Shown here one piece after another: positions 49,587-64,000 of a stretch of DNA of 64,000 nucleotides (within the stretch, counting starts at the first letter, position 1; every line of letters starts with the position of its first letter). Under the pieces are notes generated by a model. That model did not search any database. It saw nothing but the letters and a program-made list of their open reading frames with translations, and was not told the origin of the DNA. The DNA comes from Macrostomum hystrix (taxonomy: Eukaryota; Animalia; Platyhelminthes). Position numbers and translations under genes: made by a program. The stretch is taken from contig CATNEN010000001.1 in the NCBI GenBank assembly GCA_950097015.1, forward strand, positions 558,001-622,000, read 5' to 3'.

Positions 49587-52500
49587 TCATTTCTTGGAGA
49601 AGGCACTGATGGCGCTCCAGCGGCTCTTGAGCTTGTGGAACTTTGTCACCGAGATGCGATTCTCCGGCTCAATGTTCAGACTGTTGGCATCGTCCACTGG
49701 ATAAGCCTTGCACAATCCCCTGTAGGTAAGGATGATGATTTATGTTCTTCATAGTTTCTCCAATCAGTTGTTGCTCTCTCTATAGCTGTTTTGTCTTTTG
49801 GTCTGGCATCTTGATCAGTAAAATTGGCTATCAAACGAACTTTCTACAAATTAGCGTGGGGCAGCTGTACTCACTTGTGAATTGCTTCTCCGATCGGCAG
49901 CACCTCCCCCGTGGCGCTGTTTGTGAACGCTCCCGTTTCCCGATCAATTAGGCCCTTCTGAAGTGCCTCCTGAAAGCCGAGGCGCTCCTTGGTTGAGACG
50001 TCGACAACGGCGTGCACAACGTAGGAAGTCACTGTGGTGCCGCTGTCGCCGCTGGTTGACTGCCGATGCTCTTCGACGCTGATCAGACCGTAGGAGGATG
50101 TGTCCTCGGACAGCTGAAATGTGACATTCTTCAGGTCAATTTATTAAAGCTTTCATATTGGTAAAAGAACAACTTGAAAAAGTATTACTTCTATTGCCTC
50201 ATCCGAGGCAATTTTAGCTGACTACTGTATTATTCTATACCATAGCCTAGCAGTAATTTTGGCAGTGTTGTGATCATGGAAAAGCGACAAGCCGCATAGT
50301 GCCGTGCAGCAAGGCGGCTCACCTTTTCCGATGTGACCAGCTCGACGCGAATCTTTCCAGCCGACATTGCGGCCTGCAGCGGCATCTCCTGCCGGTTGCC
50401 CAGCAGCTCGATGTAGATTCCACGCTCGAAGTTCACCACGCCCGAAGCTACGGCTTCCTGCAGGGACACATCGCGACGTCCATTCCAGACGGACTGGATG
50501 ACAAACTTCTGGGCGACCTCTTGGCGCTGACGGGTGACAGTCTGCGAGCTGAATCGATGCGACGCTTCGGACGTCAGGTCCGAGGTCGATGCGCTACGGG
50601 TAGGGCGACTCGTTGACGTGGATCGTTTTCTTGTGCTTTCCAGGAACTCGAATTCAAACTCGAACATTCTGGGCGATGAATGAAGCAGGAAATGTACACG
50701 AATTGATAAATATTTGGATTTCTTGTGCTTAAACCGATTTACTTAAATCCAGTCTCCCTATGCCCTTTAGTTTTTCAACTAAGTCATTTAGTCTAATCAA
50801 TTAGTCCTTTAAAAACTTACCACCAACTTTTAAAACTTACAGTAGAAAGACAACACGATTTCCACTTCCCCTGGAGAAATATTACGGGGGTATTTCAAAT
50901 ATTCTGCAATTATTGTCGGAGTCCATGGTGACAAGGACAAGTAAAATTGCTCAGCATAAAGCTCTTTAGCGAATCCATATTGGTTCAAAAATGTAAATAT
51001 TACCAATTTAATCAGTTAAAAATAGTCAACAATGATAGCAACAATGATCTCTTTTGTCTTTCTAGTCCACCTCTATCCCTGTCTGTAAATACTCGTATCT
51101 TGACCGTCTTCAAATATCTCCCCCATCAATTTCTCTCCCTATACACTCTCACCCAGTCCTTCTGTTTGGACCAGTCAGCCGGTGCGACCGACCAGAACGA
51201 AGGCTTCGCCTGCTGCCGCCAAGAGCGTCGCCGGAGGTCGCTGTCAGGTGACGTGGTCCGTCCGAAGCACCCGCAGCAGCGACTTCAGCAGCCTTCGCAA
51301 CAGCGTAGCCCTGAAGATTGGAAAATTGTTTTGTAGCTCAAGATTCAGTTAAATAAGGAAAATGTGTACAGATACCGACCTTCAAAGCCTGAAGCTCATT
51401 CCGCATCTTCAGCAGCAGGGAAGCGATTGAAGCAGGCTTTGATACTGAAAATTGACGGAAATAAGATGAGTACTACGATAACTGCTGTCAGTACACTGTA
51501 GGTGCCTAGAAAAATTATTTTTTCAAAAAAATCTGCAAAACGGCTGTTAGCTTCTGGCATTTTAAGGGGGATGAGTGGCAGAGCCTCCCGCACAAGGTCC
51601 CTGAGCTCGATTCCGCGGCGAGGCCACATTCATTTCATCATTTGGGGCGCAGCCGCGTAGAGAAGGCTTGGGGGTTAGTCGTGCAATTTACGCCCTTGAG
51701 GGCCAACCTCCAAGGCACAGTGGGAGTGTACACTGCCTGACGATGAGAAAGTCAGGGCAGATGTACACACCTGTGTGAGCATGTGTGCTCAGAAGTCAGC
51801 GAAATGGGCAGAATTGCCTCCTATGTGGCTGCGGGTCCAGTGTCGCCAAATGATGCGCCATTGCCCGCAGCCCTCCTGCGATTATTATTAATTTTTTATT
51901 CTGGCCTCTCATTAACTACAAAATTAGCTAACTCACCCGAGTCCACATTGATTTTGCCCAGCAAGCTGTCGATGGTCTCAACCAGGCTTCCCCACTGGCT
52001 AGAATCCCATTGTGCAGCTTCGTTAGTGCCCTGCTGCAGCGGCTTTAGACACTTCTCGAGCATTTGCAGGCGATATAGAAACGATTTCATTGAGTCGCTT
52101 GAGTTTAGACTCGGGAGCTAAAACGGTTTTACTAAGTGCATGCACTTTATGCCCATTAATTTTCCGATTCCAAATACGAACTCACCTGAATCAGGTCCTC
52201 CTTCTGAGCTCGCAGGCTTCTCACGCAATTTATCAACTGGCTTGCCAACCTGCCAGTTAACCTGTCAGCCAATTGGCCCAGACCTTTCTGAACGCGGCGG
52301 ATTCGTACAAGCTCGGCAGAGTCGGGCTCAACTATCAGAAGAAGCGGCGGAACTTGCTGGCTGACACCGGAGACGGTGTCCTCGATCTGCCAGAGCTGCT
52401 GGCTGCGATTGTTCTTCAAGATGTAGCTGCTCTGCTGGGATAGGCGAATCCCTAGCTGAAGAGATTGGCGGCATGGCGAATGTTGCTTCCGCAGATGTTG

Positions 52501-54482
52501 ATGCAATGTAAAGAGAGCTGCAGTAGCTTACCGTTGGGCAGTCAATGTCGCACAGTGCTTGGCAGATTACTTTGCCGGGCTCCACTGGGATAACTCGATG
52601 CCTCACCGAGTGACGCCTACGCATGGCGGCGGAGCATTTGGCCAGTGTAGCTAGTTGGGCACTGAGGGCATTCAACTGCGTCTGAAAGAGGACCCGACGG
52701 TAGATAAAAAATGTATCTATATTTAGTAATTGCACTAATTACACAGCTTGTGTTTCTTGTTTTTAAGAAATTCTTTAAGTCCGCTTCCAGAATGGTTAAT
52801 TAGTCATTAATTATTTTTTCCATATCCTTTTCATTTCAGTCAAGACGATAAAATTGTTTTTTGTCATAGGATATAGTCATGAAAAGCAAGAGGGTTGTAC
52901 CCCTTCAATCCGCAGTGGCAAAACCCCACACCTAAAACTCTATGGTGGCGTGCCAACCAAAAGTCCATGGGGGCGCAACCCCCTAATTACATTGTGAACC
53001 TCATCTACAAGTCCACGGTGGCGCCACCCCTAATTCTATGGTCAAACCCTACCCACAAGTCCACGGTGGTGCCACCCCCTAGTTCTATGGTCAAACCCAA
53101 CCCACAAGTTCACGGTGGTGCCACCCCCTAATTCTATGGTCAAGCCCTAACCCACAAGTCCACGGTGGCGCTACCCCACTAGACTAGCACTACACCACAG
53201 GAAAAGGTAGCTACAAACCAAGTTGACAGCCAAATCCTCTGGCTTATTATTAGCATTTTGATCATCGACCACCTCGTCGGCATCTTCCAGACTCTGCAGT
53301 TGCTTCTCCGCTTCTTTGACGCGTTCAAGAATCTATGGGGGGGATTAAAAATAGATCTCCTAGTTAGTTTCGTAAATCGAGTGTCACTTCATCAGGCTTA
53401 ACCAGAATACTAACCTTAGCCACGCATTTAATGTTGTGCACCTGCTTTGCCAGGCAAGCTAGTAATTGTCTCGGAGTATTGTCACCAGGCGCAATGTCAA
53501 ATTGAAGATTCTGAAACAAGGAAACGCATTGCCTCGCATTCTCGAGTAAGACTTGAGTCGATATTTATTAGCCAATTGTAAATCAATAAATCATATTATA
53601 CCAGCTTTGCGTGGTCACTGCTCTCCTCAGGAAAGTACTTGGACCAGATATTCTTGCCCAGGTTAAATAGCAGAGTCTAAAAAATAAACGATTAAGCAAA
53701 TCACTATCAAAGATTGATTGAGAAAATGTAAAAGCCCTGCTTAACAGTAGGACTACCAAGCCATTTTGCAGCCCGTTTTTATACCAAGGGGAGAATTCAC
53801 CTCCACTGCAAGCTGCATTTTTTTGCAGCGCCTCAATGCTGACAGCGTTGGGTGGTGACTGATTGGTTGACAGACAAGGCGATGTTGTACTGTGTTTGAG
53901 CTACGATCTACGTCTAATATTTTGGCTTGATCAGTGAAATTGGAGAAATTCGCGTCAGGGTGTCCATAGTGGCCTAGTTCCACACCTGTTGTAGCCCTTG
54001 AAGGTCCACCAAACCCGTCTAGATAAAGTTAGGTGACCACCGAAGACGGAGATGATGCAGGCACATTCGGGTGACATGCTGATACATTTTGAAGGCCTGG
54101 CAAGGCCGCACTGAGGCGCAGTGCTAATTCGTGAATAGGGGTGTATGAAATACACTAGCGCTTATGGGAAAAATCCGACCTTTGGCCAGGAACATTGAAT
54201 ATCTCGACGGTCTGAAGAGCTGGCGACTTGATTATGTTTTCAGAAGATGCGCAACAAAATTTTGGTCCGTGTTCTTCAGTTTCGTGTGCCTGCGTTGCTC
54301 CGTTCGGGTGCAGCACAAAAAATTGTCAGGGGGGTTGGAAAATCCCCCCCTGACAATTAGAAGTCTAAATTATAAAATGGGAAACATTATGTTTTACTTA
54401 CGTTACAAGCTTTCAATACAGTCGAATAGTCGTCACTGATATTTGATTTTCCACCGAGAAACTGCTGCTGCTGTTGCTGCAT
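49587..54482 (-). CDS. Small plakin-family protein (~640 aa, 12 coding exons): plakin-type SH3 within helical region plus two plectin-repeat-like modules
   Basis: Exons approx. 54482-54402, 53676-53602, 53510-53415, 53333-53220, 52681-52532, 52455-52186, 52117-51937, 51444-51380, 51310-51153, 50668-50323, 50115-49874, 49719-49587, all GT-AG with consistent phases. CQALCDIDC...YILKNNRSQQLWQIEDTVSGVSQQVPPLLLIVEP resembles the plakin SH3. VSLQEAVASGVVNFERGIY and LGFQEALQKGLIDRETGAFTNSATGEVLPIGEAIHKGL resemble plectin repeats. Confidence 0.72.
51566..51865 (+). mobile_element. tRNA-derived SINE family B, near full length
   Basis: Head ggggatgagtggcagagc...gagctcgattcc (A/B-box-like), an internal long hairpin gtgtacactgcctgac...gtcagggcagatgtacac, and a 3' tail shared with the LINE. 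Confidence 0.75.
52960..53180. repeat. ~51-bp tandem repeat, ~4 copies
   Basis: cacaagtccacggtggcgccacccctaattctatggtcaaaccc repeated within a mini-plakin intron. Confidence 0.85.
53745..54357 (+). mobile_element. Third copy of the TTAA-flanked element; right TIR replaced by a local inverted duplication
   Basis: Begins ttaa|cagtaggactaccaag and ends aattgtcagggggg-ttggaaaat-cccccctgacaatt. Confidence 0.75.
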
Positions 54483-54959
54483 ATTTAGTTTCTAACAAAT
54501 TTGCAGCCTTTCTGTTTCGGAAATAAATTTGTTAGTCTACCTTCGTCGGTCTCAACACACTGCCGCAGCTGAAGTGTTCTGTCTGTCTGTCTGCATAGCA
54601 CGCTTTAGAAATTTATTTTCATTGCTTAAGTACGATATTTCTACTTACCTAAGTGGCCACAATGAGAAAAAGCTGAAAAACTATTGGCTGCTTGGCTGCA
54701 AGTTGTTTGATTCTGTGTGTGAGTGTGCGTGCTTTGTTGTCCTAAGTTATTCGTGCGAAAAAAATATAGACGCAAAGCTATTTGGGGGTAGAGAATGAAA
54801 ATTAGTTAGCTTCTAAATGCGACTTGAGAAGACTGCACTGCCAAAGAAGTTATTATTTAAAACAAGACATAATATGCTGCTTGCCTGTAATATATCTGTG
54901 TGACATTGGAGTCGGCCTGACAGTGTGACCCAATAGAGTGACAATGTCATATGTAAGTA

Positions 54960-55345
54960 TCATAGCAAGAATCGAAGAATCGGAGCAGATAATGTACCCA
55001 GAATGTAGCAGAAAACCGCAACCAGAATCGAAGCAGAAATCGCAGCAAAGACCGCATCCAGAATCGGAGCAGGAATCGGAATAAGAATCGAAGAAAGAAT
55101 CGTAGTAAGTATCAAATAAAGAATCGGAGCAGGTAATGTAACCAGAATGTAGCAGGAATTGTCGCAAAACCGCATCCAGAATCGAAGCAGGAATCACAGC
55201 AAAAACCGCATCCATAATCGTAGCAGGAATTGGAGCAAGAATCGAAGAAAGAATGGAGCAGGAATCGTAGTAAATATCATAGGAAGAATCGGAGCAGGTA
55301 ATGTACCCAGAATGTAGCAGGAATCGGAGCAGTAACCGTATCTAG
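54960..55345. repeat. Degenerate 12-bp-based repeat (gcaggaatcgga variants)
   Basis: Same sub-motif as the 85-bp array and its flanks at 21.1-21.9 kb. Confidence 0.8.
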
Positions 55346-57700
55346 AATTTTAGCAGTAACTATGCATTTACTCACAAATACGCACTATGCCACTGGACCA
55401 GGCATATATAGTGCCGAATGCAACATCAGTAGCCACGAACGCGTTTCGATTTGGTGAAATGTTTTATAATTGACTTAAGCAATTACTAGGCACAATTCTA
55501 GACACAGTGCAATTCCACAGCTAAGACCATTGTTGACAATATCTTTAAAATGAAAATGAGCAAACAAGAAGAGTCACTAAAAGACTTTTTTGTGAAGGAG
55601 GAGGCACAGACTGAACGCTGTGTAATAGATTGTATAGGACAGTAATAGTATATTATTTTAAATAATAAGTACTAAAAATTAGTAGTAAAATTAACTTTCA
55701 TTTTGTTTTATTTTGCGCGTCAAACACAAATATAGAAATAAAAAATCTAAAATTACGGCCTAGACACAGATATAAAGCATTGCATCAAAGTTTTAAGCAA
55801 TACTAAACCTAGTATATAGCCTACAATGTCATATATATAGTATAGTATATAAATTTATTTATTATACTGTTTATTAGCATAAATAACAATGTACAATAAC
55901 AAGGGGCTGTACGCACGGCAAAGGATTCCGGTATGAAGTATGGAAACAGACACAGGGCCTAGTAATTTCTGGCGTTTCAGAAAATATCAGAATAAGACAG
56001 GATAAACATGGATTGAATTGGTAATGAATTATTACTTTTTTTCCTTTTTTTCTAAAACTGGAAAACTAAAACAAATCTAGATCGGAATATATTAAATAAC
56101 AAATTGTCGAGAAGTTGCAAACAAATGTAACCCAAACTGATACACCCAATAATAATAACAAGCAAATAAAAAAACAGTAACGCGCTGACAACAATATTAG
56201 AACATCTGTTTTTGAATGGCACTGGTGCAAATTGATGTTATTTTAATTCAAGTGTTCCTTTGTTTTGCGATCATTGAATACAGTAAACACATATTATATA
56301 TGTGTATGTATATGTATGTATATACACAACAGTTTGTCTGTTAATAACAAATTTAACATTATTGGATTAAGTTATTATTTGTTTAATAAACTTTTCCAAC
56401 TAATTTCCAATGACCAACACAGATTAGATTTTTCTATTACAATCTGCTGCATAGCGACAAGCAAAAGAAGACAACCAGGTTCAGAACAACGAAATTAATA
56501 CACTAGAAAGGGATAGTTGTTAAGCTTTAACCAGACGGAACACGCACAGGTTCAAACAAAAAACACAAATAAAGGAATGAGAACTCGACAGAGAAATAAA
56601 GATACGATTTAAAGAAAACTGCAAATCGATTTTGTTTAAAATCTGAAACAAACTATGAGACACAAAAGGAGGAAGAAGTGTTTGAATTTTGGGATAACGA
56701 ATTGCACTGGTAATTTTTCTTCAGTTAAAAATGGGACATGCAACGAGCAGACAAACGAAAAAGCGCCGGTGTTTTTTCTCCTGTAAAATTCTGCGAAACT
56801 TTTTAGTTGATTTTCTAAAAGCTTTTACTTCCAAGAGCAGAAAATATGGAAAATATGGGGCTAATGTGAATGACAGACGACACAAAAGAGGACAAGCAAA
56901 AAACTATAGACACAAAAAAACTGTGTCTACTGATTTCTGTAATTGGTGATAGTGACAAATAGTTTAGCTCTCTATGTAGCCTATTTTAAGACTGTCTTAG
57001 TAAATTATAGACAACAAATTAAAGACAGCGATAATTTAATTATAAAAAACACAACAATGTGAGCTGAGAGGCGCCTGAAGTCTCAGATATTTTAGACTAT
57101 TGGGATAGAGCCATAGATAAGACAATCAACTAATAAGACTGTACGCGAGCACTGATAAAGTACGTGCGAACTCATGGTTTAAGTACGCGTGCACTAACAA
57201 AGTGCGCGCGAACTAAATAATTTTATTTTAACGTGCGTACTTCTACAGTGCGCGCGCACAAAAATATACTAATAGTGTAATAATAATGCAAAAACAATGG
57301 CAATTTTTCAACAGAACACAGCATAGCAATGGCATGGTGCTTAACAATGTCATGCTTAAGCAATAACATGTGCATCAGCCAAGTTTTTCAACGGGTTTAT
57401 TTTAGCCTAAGAGGAGTGCACTTTTATTAGTGGTATAAAATAATCATAGCGAAACTGATCTAAACCTTCGGCTGCAAAAATAGTGCAAGCGTGAGCCATT
57501 GAATGAAGCGGAGAACGCAGAGATAATTTTCAATTACCTAAGCTTATGTCATTGCTGTGTCAAATGTGAATCCGTAAAACTAAACAGAACAGCTAAAATA
57601 AAAGACTATAATTTTTACGGCTTACACGTTTATAAAATCGATTATTTAGTCGATCTAAAGAGCTACTCACAAGAAAGCCAGATAGAATATTTTTGTCAGT

Positions 57701-62411
<4,711 letters not shown>

Positions 62412-63545
62412 TCAGAAATATAATGTGACAACTTTAGAATAAAAATATAGTAAATTCATGCAACTCTTAATGTAAAATTGTTTTTTTATTTGCCAGTTAA
62501 AAATTAATTAAAAATATTAAGTACTGTGTATAGTGACTAAAATGGGAATACTTCATTAGAGTTATTTACATGAAAACTTATTCAACAATATTGGACATAA
62601 CATTTAGCACTAGCTACTTTGATTACACACTAGAAAAATTGCAAGAAAATATTATTGTTTATTTAGCAGAAAATGCAATGGCTGATTGTAACTAAGTGTT
62701 CATTATGATTTTTTATATTGACTCACTAAAAAGATCTAAAATAGCTATTATAAGTTAATTACAAAAAGCAGTTATACATCTATATTAAAATAAATTTATT
62801 TTTATACTATTAATACACCTATGAGATTTTATAGTTTGGACTTGAATTGGAATCTATTTACCAAAAACAGAATAAGTAATATTGAAAATAGAATGTAAGA
62901 GCATCTAGCTAAATAAATTTGATCTCATTGATGAATGGTTGTCATTGAAGAACCTGATCATCTGCTATCTAGCCTCACCTCATTCCAATCTAGCATGTGC
63001 ATTTTACAATGCATTATACTGTTTAATTTGGTTCAATAGAGCTTCATAACTGAGAGTATATTTCATTAAAGAATAAATTATAACAGACTTAAGGCTAATG
63101 TTGCAGAATGTAGAAAGCCTGTGATTGGCTAGCTTTTTTCAATTGTTACACAATATATTGTTTTTATAACAAAAGAAACTATAGATAAAAAAATAAATAT
63201 GCACAAACAATATTTCTATAAATTATGACTTGACTTTTAACTTATAACTACATAGGCCTAGCTATACTATTTTACTCAATTCTGAAGTTGTGCAATAGGC
63301 CTAGTCATATTTGCAATAGATAGTAATTTGATTAGGTTGAAATGATATTTGAATTGCATCAAATCATGGTGAAAAAGGTTAATAGAGAGACTTTATCTCA
63401 CATATGACAAAGTGACCATGATGTTTTCAGACATTGTTATCCTATTGAATATCTACTAATCAATAGGCCTATATCTGGCAAACATAATTGATACATATCA
63501 GAGAAGTGATACATTTGTAATTACATAAATATAAATACTTGAGGT

Positions 63546-63799
63546 CATACATGCGCAACCTCCCAAATCTTAGCCAGTCGTGTGACTTAGTTTTTGCTCT
63601 CATTTGTGACTTAGTTCATTTCATTGCTCAATTTACAACTTAGTTTGCTCTCATTTTTCTCTCCCTTCTTTCCTTTTCTTCACGCCTTCCTTTTTTGTCC
63701 CTTGGTCCCCCCTTTGATTTTTTTGCCCTTGGTCGATTGGTTTTTGCAACTTACCTTGCTTGGACCTCGTTTCACCCGGCCGGGTGTTGCGCATGTATG
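63546..63799. mobile_element. ~254-bp MITE with perfect 14-bp TIRs
   Basis: catacatgcgcaac ... gttgcgcatgtatg, flanked by gt on both sides (or by ggtc if the TIR is taken one base shorter). Confidence 0.6.
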
Positions 63800-64000
63800 G
63801 TCCAATATACATAGCAAATGACATGACAAAATATCTAAAAACATAGTTAGATGACAAAAGTAACATTTGTAGCATGACAAAGTGTCTAAGAACCATAAGT
63901 TCACTTGCCATGCCTAGCTAGGCCTAGGCCTAGTTTAGGCCAGACATTATAACTTACATAAAAATAAAAATATTAGGCTTACTAAACTATTAAATAAACT

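Noticed and set aside
51725-51770. CTGACGA-TGA-GAAA as a minimal hammerhead in SINE B
   Set aside because: There is no stem II, and the bases are sequestered in a long simple hairpin.
53334-53414. Hammerhead-like CTGATGA...GAAAC on the minus strand
   Set aside because: Stem I cannot form. The apparent stem III is just the splice donor (GTTAGT) pairing with the branch point (CTAAC) of a short intron.

Overview
Eukaryotic (animal) genomic DNA with spliced genes, minisatellite-packed introns and many short transposons. The overall style is consistent with a free-living flatworm such as Macrostomum, but this is inference and cannot be proven from the window. Genes from left to right: an intronless USP31/43-like deubiquitinase (-), the first two exons of selenoprotein F/Sep15 (-), VPS28 (+), a PP2A B'' subunit PPP2R3 with two alternative N-terminal exons (+), a divergent BTB-Kelch protein (-), intronless synaptotagmin-1 (+), an unrecognised 4-exon gene (-), a 12-exon ~640-aa 'mini-plakin' (-) and USP7 (-). 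Mobile and repeat content: a young 5'-truncated RNase H-bearing non-LTR retrotransposon, two tRNA-derived SINE families, a TTAA-flanked non-autonomous DNA transposon (3 copies), two other MITE-like elements and about a dozen tandem arrays. Most notable observations: (1) one SINE family and the LINE share a 3' stem-loop with compensatory changes and a terminal TGCCRCTAA motif, suggesting a LINE-SINE partnership; (2) a ~1.5-kb minisatellite is a tandem amplification of a SINE Pol III A-box, and the LINE inserted into it; (3) the USP31-like gene appears to sit on the same strand inside an intron of SELENOF; (4) a very small plakin. No CRISPR array, rRNA or intact tRNA gene was found.
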